Assembly: GCA_051294375.1 (NCBI GenBank)
Contig: CM119265.1
Coordinates: forward strand, 26,413,472-26,477,471
Direction of reading: 5' to 3'
Length of the DNA: 64,000 bases
Source of the DNA: Paraspadella gotoi
Lineage: Eukaryota; Animalia; Chaetognatha
Under the pieces are notes generated by a model. That model was not told where the DNA came from. It saw nothing but the letters and a program-made list of their open reading frames with translations, and did not search any database. This document shows positions 12,363-26,480 of the stretch, piece by piece. Positions within the stretch are counted from its first letter, which is position 1. Each line of letters opens with the position of its first letter. The position numbers were made by a program, and so were the translations under genes.

Positions 12363-14170
12363 TTAAAAATTAAAAACTTGATTATTTCTGAATTTAAACG
12401 GAAATAAGACACTTTTGGAAAATATGACTCTAAATAATCTATCGAAGTAATGAAATCATTTCCTTCTAGTAAACAAAGGAAAAATATTTTTTTTATGAAA
12501 TATAGTATATTATTTAATTTTATAGAGATTATTGAAAACTACGTAACCTTTAATATTGCGTCGTCATTGACCAGAACTAGCGCACCCTCCGTTATCAATA
12601 CGTCACAAACTCGCATTACTTATGAAGAGTAATAAAAACCGTTAGCTTTGAAGTCAATGAGTCGGCGCCTCGTACCGGAGACGAACCGGAACTTCGTAAT
12701 GACGAGTAAAAAAGAAATAAAAACTCTTGCCTCATTTAGAATCTATGAGAGAAAAAAAGTCGACGGCGCATCTGTCGTTGGATCGAGGGGGTAGAGGATA
12801 GTGAGTGGATAGAGAGAGAATAGAGAGAGGATAGAGAGAGGATAGAGAGAGGATAGAGAGGTTATAAAAGTTAGGGAGGACAGAAAGAAGATAGAGAAAA
12901 CAGACGAACGGACGGACAGACAGAGAGAAATCTATGCTTTTTACATATTTTATCAAAATTCGAAATGATATGATATTTAAGGGATTTACGGACAAAATTG
13001 ATAGGTGATACCGACTGACCGACAANNNNNNNNNNTTGTGTTCCCCGGATTTTTCTAAAAGCTTTTTTTTCCAACGACACAAACGACGTAACTATTTTTA
13101 GCCGAGAAAAAAAATGAAAAATTTGTCGCTCGTAAAAAGTTTACAAAGACATTTATAAATAGAAAAAGTGAAATATGAGAATTTCGAAAGCAAGCACAAA
13201 GCAAAAAAATCTAAAAGCAAGGACAAAGCAAAGAATTTCGAAAGCAAGGACCAAGGAAAGAAAGAAAGAAAGAAAAAATAGAAGATGAAGATATTTTTAT
13301 GAAGTTTTTGTTATTTTCCAAAAAAATTTAAGTTATTTTTGATAAGATGAGACGGCTAGTCTCAATTTCGTCTATCAACGTTTATGCAATTTCACGCGGC
13401 AGAAAACAAGAATCGGCCCAATCTGGCATCAGTAGTGCGGGAAGAGAAACGATTCCAACGATCACTACGAACTCGGGGGGGAAAAAATACAAAAAAACTT
13501 TCGTCGAAAAGTTTAAGCAAAATTAAAACTGGAGCTTGTAATTAGCAAAGGGAAATGTCGTCGTCGTCGTTGTTGTTAGAAGCAACTACATTATTTCATT
13601 CTTGAGTTGTCATCACAGAGACAATTTTATTTTTCTTGTCTTTTTAATTTTTTTTCTTTCACTAATACTAACGTTATACCATTTTATTGACAGAAATGCC
13701 ATTTGCTCTGGAAGTTAAAAAAAACTATATTGACTATTGAGAAAGAGTCTTGAGTAAAAGTTTGTATATCTTGCAAGAGGGAATAATTACTTAAACCACC
13801 ATTGTTAGTCAAGATATGGAGCTTATTTATGAATTGAATGAATAAATTTTATACCTTTTGTACTTATTTCATTGGCGAATTGATTGGGTTCAGACATGGC
13901 TTCAGACATGGCTTCCGACATGGCTTTCCGTTGATTGTTTCAAACTCTGCCCTCTTCTCGCTGATGTAATGTTAGTTATCATTTTACTTCGTCAACGTCA
14001 TCGTTGTTACCTATAGTCGTCGTCGTTGCCAAAAAAAATCCAGGAAAGGATATCCATCGAAAGTGGAAAATTTAGACGGGGAAAAATCATTTGGAGACGA
14101 CCCAGAGAGAGAAAGAAAGAGAGAGAAAGAGAGAGAGAGGAGAGAGAGAGAAAGAAGAGAAAAGAGAGAA

Positions 14171-14203
<33 letters not shown>

Positions 14204-14215
14204 AAGAAGAGAGAG

Positions 14216-14294
<79 letters not shown>

Positions 14295-15122
14295 AGAGCA
14301 GAAAGACTCGGAAAATTATGACCGGAAATTCGGTGTGGGAATTTCGCGGTTGAGAGACGCCAAACGATTGTGGGGGAATTCGGGGTTGAGTGTGGGGGGG
14401 GTGAATGTGGGGGTGAATGTGGGGGTGAGGGGGGTGGGAGGAAGAGGAAAGCGGACGAGTCGTGACACCGACTCACGAAATTGTAGAGTTGGGAAAAAAA
14501 CGAAAAAGCGAATGGAAAAACGAATGGAATTTTCGGGGACGATAGACTTGATTGTCAATACGGACAAATTGACGATAAAAAATGTATTATTTAACAACGA
14601 ATTTCTTTTTAAAAAAAGGCCTGAAAATGAGTAATTATTAGTGTATCGTCTTGGAGAGATTGTCTACAAAGAAGTACCACAGGTTTGAAGGTCCGGTCTC
14701 TCGGTGAAGGTCGCCCTCCGACGCAAATGCCAAGACCGAGATCGGAACTTACTCTCTCAAGCCGCCGAATGTTTCTCATTCGCCATTGGATTTTTTTATT
14801 AAGATACGAAGAAATTTTAACTAAATAAATCCACTTTGATTTCATATTGAAATCCCGTCTACTTACTTAAATGTTACTATGAAAAAATTTTAAAAATTCG
14901 AGAGAGGTTATTCTTTTGTTTGATCGATGTGCCCAGCGTCAAAGATGGAATTGACAGTCGTTGACATTTAAACCTGACGGACGTAGATTCTGATTGGTCA
15001 ACGGCGGGTATCCTCCAGATGACGTGATTGGACGCCCTTCCATTCCGTCCTAGCTCTACGGCGAAGGCTAAGATTACAGTGGAGAGCCAACCCCGCCGAG
15101 GTTAGAAGGACTTTTTAAATAA

Positions 15123-17082
15123 GAGACGTTTTGAGTCTCCACGCTTTGCGGACCTTTTTTGAGGGTGTCGCCCGTCGAGAAAGGGGTTTTGACGAGAGTC
15201 TTGACTATTTCTTCAGAAATTGATTAAGACGAGTTCAAAAAGGGTAAAACGTGTATTTCTTCGTGACAAAAGACGTATCAGACGTAACAAAAGTCGTGGC
15301 AAAAGTCAAAGACTCGTAAAAACAACGTTTAATAACGAGCGACGCTTCTTCAAGTGGTTCACGTAACATTGAAAAGCCGGTCACAAAAATTGATAAAGAA
15401 ACATTCGAATATCGGCCAAAATCACGAAAGAGGGAGAGAGAGAAATGACCACTAAAAAGTTCACGGATCACGAGGGCGAATTTCTCTTCACCCCCATCGT
15501 TAAAAATCAAACATTTTTACACTAACAATAGAATACGCCGAGTGTGGACTAAAAACCTTCATCATATACTAAGTTAACAAGTTATAGTTTAAATCAAATT
15601 TCATGAAATAATAACAGAAATGATGTGTGATATCTATTAGAAAACTAGGACAGATAGTAATCTAACCTTGTGTTGTATAGATGCTCCCTCTATTTCCAGA
15701 AGACAACACTGACTTCCCCTTCCAAATTGTATTATTAGATAAAAAAACATTTTTAAGAAAGAAAGCAATATATATTTGATTAAATAATAAGATTAAATAC
15801 TAAATCCTTCATAAAATATAAAATAAAAAATAGTGAAACAAGTAATTTGCAATTTTTCATAGTAAAAAGGAAATGCACTGAGGATACGTATTATCAATAA
15901 ACTCGTTTTCCAATTAAGACAATCATCTTCTCTTCTTTGGGCTTCACTTAAGACCGGCGGGTAAAAGGTAGACTGTTTCATGTTCATCATCACCGGCATC
16001 GATGTTCTTGTTGTCTTCGTCGTATTTCTTGATCTATCATGAAGCGTGGAATGATGGAAACCGTCGCAGACAGCGCAGCGACGTTTGAGAGTGGCAGTAC
16101 CGGGTCACGTGACCCGGTTCCAAGCAACGAAAACACAATCGGTTTTTGGAAGACAAACATTTTCTTTATGTCGGCATCCATCGAGCGATAGAGATTGCAC
16201 TGAGAAACCGAGTGATTTCTTTCCGCAGAACCGACAAGTCACTGCCTTCGTGAAAGGCGGCGCTGAACTTCCAGATAGGTCGAATTCGGCATCGACGTCG
16301 GTCTTTTTCTCCGCCGAGGAGAAAGGCCGATTCTTCGGAGATGGAGTGGCTAAGGCGGGGAACGAGTCCCCCATCATTCAAAGACGGAGGGCCGAATGTT
16401 TTGGCGAAGAGGGAGAGGAAACTGGTGTCGATTCAAGTTTGAAGTTCTTCTCCGCGATTTTTCGAGTTTCATGATGTTCGAGTCTTAGAGCGTCAAACTC
16501 TTTCTTTAAGAGATTCTTTCATCGTTTCGAGTCGTGCTTCCAGTAAGTTCTTAAAACAATCGTAGATCTTCAGGAGTTTATCATTGACGACAAGGAATAT
16601 ATCTTGTACTAGATCGCGATGTTCTTCTGCGACGGTTGAAAAATCAAACATTTTTCAGTCGGAGTGTTTAATTGCGCGATTAATCCAATTAGCAATTAGT
16701 TGTTTTTTACTGTAGAGACGTTTTGAGTCTCCACGCTTTGCGGACCTTTTTGAGGGTGTCCGCCCGTCGAGAAAGGGGTTTGACGAGAGTCTTGACTATT
16801 TCTTCAGAAATTGATAAGACGAGTTCAAAAAAGCGGTAAAAACGTGTATTTCTTCGTGACAAAAGACGTATCAGACGTAACAAAAGTCGTGGCAAAAGTC
16901 AAAGACTCGTAAAAACAACGTTAATAACGAGCGACGTTTCTTCAAGTGGTTTCACGTACAACTGAAAAGCCGGTCACAAAAATTGATAAAGAAACATTCG
17001 AATATCGGCCAAAATCACGAAAAGAGGAGAGAGAGAAATGACCACTAAAAAGTTCACGGATCACGAGGCGAATTTCTCTTCA
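15123..17082 (-). mobile_element. Non-autonomous gag-only BEL/Pao LTR retroelement (~1.96 kb)
   Basis: Near-identical ~370-bp LTRs at ~15123-15490 and 16711-17082; on the minus strand the right copy reads TGAAGAG...TCTACA. A PPT-like gatggggg abuts the 3' LTR. The empty site (aataagagagtcattaag) is visible in array copy A at ~10753, and with a 1-nt indel in copy C at ~22505. Confidence 0.88.
15793..16651 (-). pseudogene. BEL/Pao-type Gag with three Cys/His knuckles (frameshifted as assembled)
   Basis: ATG at 16651 begins MFDFSTVAEEHRDLVQDIFLVVNDKLLKIYDCFKNLLEARLE (helical). Across single-base shifts it continues CRFCGKNHSVSQC, LCFRCLEPGHVTRYC and CAVCDGFHHSTLH, the BEL/Pao triple-knuckle pattern. 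No protease, RT or integrase. Confidence 0.8.
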
Positions 17083-19997
17083 AGAGTCATTAAGTCGAAC
17101 GGCGTTTTAATTGATTATGTATAAAGAAAAATAATGTTAATTATATCTATAATTAATTAATTTATATCTTAATTGTACTGGGTTGCGAATTCTTTTAAAT
17201 AAAAAAGTTGGTAAAATTGAATAATTTAAGGAAAATATGAAGGAAAATGAGCGACATTAAAGGTGAAGTAAAAAATTACGCTTGTATTGAATGAAGATTG
17301 TGAATTGTGAAAACAAATTTTCAGTCTGTTTTTCTTCCTATAGACAGATCGGACGACCGTCTGGAAATCGCTTGGTCCCTTTACGGAATGAACCTGAGAA
17401 AAATTGGAAAATAGAGGAAGAAATCGAGTTAGAATTTGAGAAAGAAAAAAAAAAGAAAGAAAAAAAGAAAATAAAAAATGGATGAAGTCCAAACTGAAAT
17501 TCGGTCGATCGATTTCAACTCTGTGGAAAGAAGGAGATGAAGGAATTGAGAAAAGGAAAGAAAGGAGGAAAGGAAAGAAAGGAGGAAAGGAAAGAAAGGA
17601 GGAAAGGGGAAGCGATAAAGGGAGAAAAGGTAAGAAAGGAGGAAAAAGGAAAACTAAGGACAGGTGAAAAAAACAGGGAAGAGAGGAAAGGAGAAAAGAA
17701 AAAAGCTGAAAGGAGGAAAGAAAAAGGAGGAATGCAAAAAAGAAAATAAGTAACAAGGAAATTAGGAAAGTAGGAAAGGTAAAGAAAGGATATTTGTATT
17801 CTGAAAAGAAAGAGAGTAAAAAGGAAAAAAAGAGAAAGATCAAAGGAGGGAAGAAACTCTACGTCCTTTTGAAGAATTGATAGAAATTCTACGTTTTCTA
17901 GATTCCTAAATGTTGATTGTAATTTACTCAAAAAATTCGTCAACAGATTCCGTCTGTATTGATAAATTAAGAAAACTCTTTATAGTTTAACATTATAAAA
18001 TACATACCTCTATTCTAAATTGCTTCCTGAAGATCAAATATTTTCCAAAGACTCCATTTTTTTTCTTCTTCTATCATTTCTGAGAATTCCCGATTCTCCC
18101 CTTGAACTTTTTCGATCGACACGACGACGTCGACGACAAAAGAGCAGCGGGAAAATTGGTTTTTCGGCCGACCGACATCTGGCGGGCGAACGAAGAAGCT
18201 CGCAGCCTCGTTATGGCTACGACGACGCGCCTCTGAATAGCAGCATAGCCGTCGCCCCGTAATTGAATCGTACTAGCTGAGGACATGGAGATTATGAAAA
18301 TGGTAATGGTAATGGTAATTGAGACTGCAAGTGATGGCAAAAATACAACCAGCAAGTGAGAATGACATTATATGAAGAAAATAGAGCACTATTTTCCCTA
18401 AGCGCCCGATTCCTTTTCCTAATCCATTAACTTTATTTTAAGCCAAATAATTAACCTTAATGATTTACCAAATATTTAAAATAATCTTAATCTATAATCC
18501 CTAACCCTAATATCTAACCCTAACCTAATCCCTAACCCTACTATCTAATTTTAACCTAATCTCTAACCCAAATCATTATTTTCACCTTAAATACCTAACC
18601 CTTATGCTCAAAAACTCTAAAACCGAATTTTGCAAGACGAATTTCAATAATCCTAATCTTTAAACCAAATCTCTAACTTAATCCAAATACCATATCCCAA
18701 AACCCATAAATCTAATATTGTACTCCAATTTCATAAAATTCAGCTCCTTGTATTATTTGAATGCTATAGTGCGGAGTAGCAATAAGTATTCCCCGATCTA
18801 AGCTATACTTATGGGAGTGGTCTTTTCATACAATTGAAACATTCTGAAATATTTTCCACTTCATTGATAGGAGAAAGCAGGTAACTCTGGAGTGAATAAA
18901 CTAGACTGTGAAAGAGTCTTGATTGAAAGCTTTGCAGGGACCTGCTATGTCATTATCTTGTTAAGAGTGGATTGGAGGCTTAAACACCAAAAAGCCCTGT
19001 CCCAAAAGTCAGGGGCAAGATAGCTTCATTTATTAAATGAATGGATAATTTTTAATATTGGTTTGTACCCAATTTCATAAAAATTAAAAACTTGATTATT
19101 TCTGATTTAAACGGAATAAGACACTTTTGGAAAATATGAACTCAAATGATCTATGAAAGTGAATGAAAATCATTTTCCTTCTAGTAAAACAAAGGAAAAA
19201 ATTTTTTTTATGAAATAATAGTATAATTATATGTAATTTATAGAGATTATTGAGAAACTACGAACCTTAAATTGCGTCGTCATTGACCAGAACTAGCGCA
19301 CCCTCCGTTATCAATACGTCACAAACTCGCATTACTTATGAAAGAGTAATAAAAAACCGTAGCTTTGAAGTCAATGAGTCGGCGCCTCGTACGCGGAGAC
19401 GAACCGGAACTCGTAATGACGAGTAAAAAGAAATAAAAACTCTTGCCTCATTTAGAATCTATGAGAGAAAAAAAGTCGACGGCGCACTGTCGTTGGATCG
19501 AGGGGGTAGAGGATAGTGAGTGGAATAGAGAGAGAATAGAGAGAGGATAGAGAGAGGATAGAGAGAGGATAGAGAGGTTATAAAAGTTAGGGAGGACAGA
19601 AAGAAGATAGAGAAAACAGACGAACGGACGGACAGACAGAGAGAAATCTATGCTTTTTACATTATTTTATCAAAATTCGAAATGATACTGATATTTAAGG
19701 GATTTACGGACAAAATTGATGGGTGAGACCGACTGACCGACAAAGTGAATTATGGAGCCGAAATCTGTTATACGAAGATCTCACTCACTTTCCTGGACAA
19801 AATTACAATATTTTCATTTATAAGGTATTTTATCAATTAGGTATCAATAAGGTTTTTAATGAAATGATATAGTATTTTAAAAAAAGTCCTCTTATTACTC
19901 AAGTTACTGTAAATCTTTGAAAATAAATATAAAACGTAAAATTAAGAAAAATGGTTTTTATGCTTTTGTGACACAGGTCTCGAAACGCAGATACTAA

Positions 19998-20034
<37 letters not shown>

Positions 20035-23000
20035 AGAGGAGAGAGAGAGAACCGAGAGAGAGAGGCAAGCTTTCCTTTCTTTTGTGTTCCCCGGAAATTT
20101 TTCTAAAAGCTTTTTTTTTCCAACGACACAAAACGAACGTAACTATTTTTATTTTTAGCCGAGAAAAAGAGGAAAAAAAAATCTGAAAATTGTCGCTCGT
20201 AAAAAGTACAAAAGACCAATTTATTTAAATAGAAAAATAAAAAGTTGAAAAATTATGAGAATTTCGGAAGCAAGCACCAAAGCAAAAAAATAATCTAAAG
20301 CTAAAAAGGACAAAGCAAAGAATTCGAAAGCAAGACCAAGAAAGAAAGAAAGAAAGAAAAAAAAATTCAGAAGAAAGTATGAAGATATTCTTTATTCGAA
20401 AAAGACAAGTTTTTGTTATTTTCCAAAAAAATTTAAGTTATTTTGATAAGATGAGTGCACGGCTATGTCATACACATTTACGTTCTCTACAACGCTTCTT
20501 ATGCAATTCACACGCGCCCGCCAGGAAAACAAGAATCGTGCACCCACACCCAATTTCGGCACCCAATCTGGGCCATCAGTTAGTGCGGGGAAGAAGAAAA
20601 CGATTCCAAACGATCAACTAACGAAACTCCGGGTGGGGGGAAAAAATACAAAAACTTTCGTCAAAAAAGGTTTTTTTAAGCAAAATTAAACTGGAGCTTG
20701 TAATTAGCAAAGGGAAATGTCGTCGGTCGTCGTTTGTGTTCAGACAGCAAACATTATTTCATTCTTGATTTTGTGTTCATCACAGCAGAGACAATTTTAT
20801 TTTTCTTGGTCTTTTTAATTTTTTTTCTTTCACTGAATACTAACGTTATACCATTTTATTATGACAGAAATGCCATTTGCTCTGGAAAGTTAAAAAAAAC
20901 CCTATAATTGACTTTTGGAGAAAGATCTTTGAAGTAAAAGTTTTGTAGTATCTTGCAGAGGGAAATAATTACTATACTTAAACCACCATGTAGTCAAAGC
21001 ATATGGAGCTTATTTATGAATTGAATTGAAATAAATTTTATACCTTTTTGTACCTTATTTCATTGGGCGAATTGATTGGGTTCAGACATGGCTTCAGACA
21101 TGGCTTCCGACATGGCTTTCCGTTGTTGTTTCAAACTCTGCCCTCTTCTCGCTGATGTAATGTTAGTTATTCATTTTACTTCGTCAAACGTCATCGTTGT
21201 TACCTATGAGTCGTCGGTCCGTTGCCAAAAAAAATCCAGGAAAGGATATCCATCGAAAGTGGAAAATTTAGACGGGAAAATCATTTGGGAGACGACCAGA
21301 GACAGAAAGAGAGAGAAAGAGAGTAGAGAGAGAAAGACAGAGAGAGAGACGATGGAAAGAGCGAGGAGAAGAAGAGAGAGAGAGGAGAAAAAGATGGAGA
21401 GAGAGAAGAGAGAGAGACAAGAGAGAGCGCGACGGAAGAGAGCATCTGCAGAGGTAGAGAGCAGAGACATGAGAGAGAGAGAAGGGAAAAGAGAAGAGAG
21501 AGTAGAGACGAGAGAAGAGATCGAGAGAGAGAAGAGAGACGAGAGAGAGAAAAAGAGAGAAGATGAGAGAGAGAGAGAGCGAGAGAGAGAGAGAGGAAAG
21601 AGAGAGAAGAAGAGATGAGAGAGAGAGGAGGAGAGAGAGAGAGAAAGACTCGGAAAAATTATGACCGGAAATTCACTGTGGGAATTTTCGCGGTTGAGAG
21701 ACCGCCAACGATTGTGGTGGGAATTCGGTTTCGAGTGGGGGCGGCTGAATGTGGGGTCGGAGGGGGGAATGTGGGGTGAGGGGGGTGGAGGAAGAGGAAA
21801 GCGGACGAGTCGTGGACACCGACTCACGAAAATTGTAGAGTTTGGAAAAAACGAAAAAAGCGAATGGAAAAACAATGGAATTTTCTCGGGGACGATAGGA
21901 CTTGGTTGTCAATACGGACAAATTGACGATAAAAAAAATGTTTTATTTAAGCAACGGAATTTCTTTTTTTAAAAAAGGCCTTGAAAATGAGTAATTTTTT
22001 AGTGTTTTTATACAAAAGCAACGTCCGATTAACGGTATCGTCCTGGAGAGATTGTCTACAAAGAAGTACCACAGGTTTGTGAGGTCCGGTCCTCGGACGC
22101 AAATGCCAGGACCAAAATCGGGACTTACTCTCGAAGCCGGGCCAGGAATGTTTCTCATTCGCCATATGTCCATTTCCTGCGATGTTAGGATACAAAGAAA
22201 TTTATCTAATAATAAATCCACTTTGATGTTATTGAAATCCGACGTCGACTTACAAAATTTAACATAAATTTTAAAAAATTCGACAGAGGTTGTTCTTTTG
22301 TTTCGATCGAATGTGCCCAGCGTTCTAAAAGATGGAATTGGCAGTCGTTGACATTTAAACCGACGGACGTTAGATTCTGAGTTGGTCAACGTGCGGGTAA
22401 CTCCTCAAGATGAAGTTGATTGGACGCCTTCCCATTCGTACCCAACTCTACCGCGAAGGCTAATTAACGGGAGAGCCAAACCCTCCGAGGTTAGAAGACT
22501 TTTTAATAAGAGAGTCATTTAAAGTCGATCGGTTTTAACTGATTATGTATAAAGTAAAAATAATGTAATGATATTATCTATAAATTAATTAATTTGTTAT
22601 ATCTTAATTGTACTGGGTTGCGAAAAATTCTTTTAAGTAAAAGAGTTGGTAAAATTGGAATAATTTAAGGAAAAGTAAAGGAAAATGCAGCGACATTAAA
22701 GAAGGTTGGAGTAAAAAAATTCACGCTTTGTATTGAATGAAGATTGTGAATTGTTGGAAAAAAAAATTTTCAGTCGTTTTTTCTCCACTATAGACAAACG
22801 GACCGACCGTCTGGGAAATCGCTGTCCCTTTACGGACAGAACCTGAGAAAGAAAAAATTGGAAAATAGAGGAAGCAAATCGAGTTAGAATTTGAGAAAGA
22901 AAAAAAAAGAAAGAAAAAAAAAGAAATGATAAAAAAAATGGAATGAAGTCCAAACTGAAATTCGGTCGATCGATTTCAACTCTGTGTGGCAAAGAAGGAT

Positions 23001-23981
23001 GATGAAGGAATTGAGAAAAGAAAGACAAGGAGGAAAGGAAAAGAAAGGAGGAAAGGAAGAAAGAGGAAAGTGGGAAGCGCGATAAAGGGAGAAACGGTAA
23101 GAAACGGAGGAAAAAGGAAAACTAAGGGACAGGTGTGAAAAAAAACAGGGAAAGAGAAAGGAGAAAAGAAAAAAGCTGAAAGGAGGAAAGAAAAAGGAGG
23201 AATGCAAAAAAGAAAATAAAGTAACAGGAAATTAGGAAAGTAGGCAAAGGTAAAGAAGGATATTTGTATTCTGAAAAGAAAGAGATTAAAAAGCGAAAAA
23301 AAAAGAGGAAGATCAAAGGACGGGAAGAAACTCTATCCTTTTGAAGAATGATAGAAATTCTACGTTTTTCTAGATTCCTAAATGTTGATTGTAATTTACT
23401 CAAAAAATTCGTCAACAGATTCCGTTGTATATAAATTAAGAAAACTCTTTTATAGTTGAACATTATAAAATACATACCTACTATGTTCTAAATTTGCCTT
23501 CCTGAATGATCAATATTTTCCAAAGACTCCATTTTTTTTCTTCTTCTATCATTTCTGAAGAATCCGTTTTCCCTTGAACTTTTTCGATACGACACGACGA
23601 CGTCGACGAACAAAAGAGCAGCGGGAAAAATGGTTTTCGCACCGACATTTGGCGGACGCGAACGAAGAAGTCTCGCAGCCTCGTTATGGCTACGACGACC
23701 GCGCCTCTGAATAGCAGCATAGCCGTCGCCCCGTAACTTGAATCTACTAGTGCAGGACATGGAGATTATGAAAAATGGTAATGGTAATGCGTAAATGAGA
23801 CTGCAAAGTGATGGCAAGAATACACCAGAAGTGAGAATGACATTATAATGAAGAAAATAGGAGCACTATTTTCCCCTAAGTTCGCCCGATTCCTTTTCCT
23901 AATCCATTACTTTATTTTAAGCCAAATAATTAACCGTTAATGATGTTACCAAATATTAAAATAATTCTAATCTATAATCCC

Positions 23982-24567
23982 TGTTAAATAGTTTATAAAA
24001 ATATTTAATTAGTTTCGAAATTAATTTCGGTTTTATATGGTAAATCCAATAACGTTACTAGCTTAAATTCTCAACTCGTCCTCTATTCTATGATTTCATT
24101 TGGTTAATATTAGTTCTTAAATCTGATTGGACGAGTACCTTTCTGATCCAATTATTGGTAGTATTCTCAAAAGTCGAAAGTCGTTTTTAATTGGTCTATT
24201 TAAAATTTAAAGAAGATAGAAAAGGCAAGTAGTGTTAAACTTTAGGAGATTGCCCAGAAACATTAGGTAACATGATGAAATATTTGTAACTTTTTGAATG
24301 AATTCTAATCATTTGAAATTATTATTTTGTACAGCTTTGAGCTCTCGATTGAGCTCTCTCTCTATCGTATAGCTCGGCCTCTTCTCTCTCTATAACTCAC
24401 TCTTGTTGCTCTGCTCTGATTATTTTTATTAAAATCTTTCGTGATTTTGGATTGATTCTTATTTTTGAGAGTGAAATGGGCTTTCGCCCAGTGCAAATCA
24501 TACAAGGTACAAATTAGCGTTAAGAGCTAAGTGCCTCAAACAATGTTTTTTAAATACAAACTCCACA
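23982..24567. mobile_element. Solo LTR (586 bp) with 5-bp TSD ATCCC
   Basis: TGTTAAAT...CTCCACA termini; ATCCC at 23977-23981 and 24568-24572; internal CCAAT and ATTAAA motifs. The empty site is seen in copy B at ~18497. Confidence 0.88.
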
Positions 24568-26249
24568 ATCCCTAACCCTAATATCTAACCCTAAACTAAT
24601 CCCTAACCTAATATCTAATTTTAACCTAATCTCTAACCAAATTCATTAATTCTTCACTTAAAATACTAACCTTAGTGCTCAAAACTCTAAAACCGAATTG
24701 CTAAGACACGAATTCATAATCCTAATCTTTAACCAAATCTCTAAACTGATCCAAAACCATATCCCAAACCCATATCTAATATTGTACCCAATTTCATAAA
24801 TTCAGCTCTTGTATTTGATGCTAGTGCGGAGTACAATAAAGTATTCTCCGATCTAATACTTAAGGTGGTTCTTTTCATACAAATTGAAACAATTCTTTGA
24901 AATATTTTCACTTCATTGATAGGGAAGCCGGTACTCTGGAGTGAATAAACTAGACTGGACAAGAGTCATTGATTGAAAGCTTGCAGGACCTGCATGTTCA
25001 TTATCTTGTAAGAGATGATTGGAGCCTTAAACCACCAGAAGCCTGTCCAAAAGTCGAGGGGCAAGATAGCTTATTATTAAATGAATGGATAATTTTTATA
25101 TTGGTTGTACCAATTGATTAAAAATTAAAAACTTGATTATTTCTGAATTTAAACGGAAATTAGGGCACTTTTGGAAAATATGACTCTAAATAATCTATCG
25201 AGTAATGAAATCATTTCCTTCTAGTATAACAAAGGAAAAAAATTTTTTCTTATGAATATATAGTATATTATTTAATTTTATAGAGATGTATTGAAACTAC
25301 GCTAACCTTTAATATTGCCTCGTCATTGTACCAGAACTAGGCGCACCCCCGTACAATACGTCACAAAACTCGCTTACTATGAAGAGTAATAAAAACCGTT
25401 AAGCTTTGAAGTCAATTGAGTCGGCGCCTCGTACCGGAGACGAACCGGAAACCTCGTAATGACGGTAAAAAAGAAATAAAAACTCTTGCCTCATTAGAAT
25501 CTATGAGAGAAAAAAAGTCGACGGCGCATCTAGTCGTTTGGATCGAGGGGTTAGAGGATAGTGAGTGGATTAGAGAGAGAATAGAGAGAGGTGGCATAGA
25601 GAGAGGATAGAGAGAGGATAGAGAGTTATAAAAGTTTAGGGAGGACAAAGAAATAGAAAACAGACAGAACGACGGACAGCAGAGAGAAACTATGCTTTTT
25701 ACATTATTTTATCAAAAATTCGAAATGATATGATATTTAAGGGATTTACGACACAAAATTGATGAGGTGATACCGACTGACCGACAAAGTGGATTATGGA
25801 GCCGAAATCTTTTATACGAAAGATCTCACTCACTTTCCTAGGACCAAAATTTACAATATTTTACATTTATAAGGTAATTTATCAATTAGGTATCAATAAG
25901 GTTTTTTAATGAAGATGATTATAGCTATTTAATAAAAAGTCTCTTATTACTTCAATTACTGAAATCTTTGAAAATAAATTAATCAAAACGTAAAATAGGA
26001 AAAAGTGGTTTTTATGCTTTGTGACACAGGTCTCGAAACGCAGATACTAATTTTCTCTCTCTCTCTTCTCTCTCTCTCTCTGCTCTCTCTCTCCTCTCTC
26101 TCCCTCTCTCTCTCTCTCTTATGTCAACGAGGTGTCACCCTTCTCTCCGTCTGCTCCTAACTAATTTTTAACTAATTAAATTCGCGGTCGAAACAAGTCT
26201 TGAGTAACAATGTTCGTGTTCAAGTTCCAAGTATGTATCCTTCAGAATC

Positions 26250-26480
26250 GCTTCCCCCGGGTGCGGTGCTGGGGGCGGCCCGCGGAATGTCTGCTCCCGC
26301 GGGGGCCGCCCCGAGGGGGCAGGCAAATCTTTTACCGCCTGGGGCGGCCCCCTGTAGCCTCTTTTTTTGGCAGGCCCCAATGGGGCCACTCCAGGGAATC
26401 GCCTGGGGCTAGAAAAAACCTTCCCCCGGGGCCATCCCCCAGAGCGGGATGTGGATTTTCCTGCCCCCTGGAACGCTGCT
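26250..26480. repeat. GC-rich, palindrome-rich interspersed repeat fragment (similar island at 27675-27925)
   Basis: Abrupt GC islands in AT-rich DNA with ggggcggcc/ggccgcccc and gggcgccc motifs. No credible ORF. Confidence 0.4.

Larger units (their letters stand above)
8490..26050 (+). repeat. Three-copy head-to-tail tandem array of a ~5-5.4-kb unit
   Basis: Unit start ttgtgttccccgga... at ~8512, ~13036 and ~20082. Unit end cacaggtctcgaaacgcagatactaatttt at ~19972 and ~26025. Internal blocks are collinear in all three copies. Confidence 0.92.
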
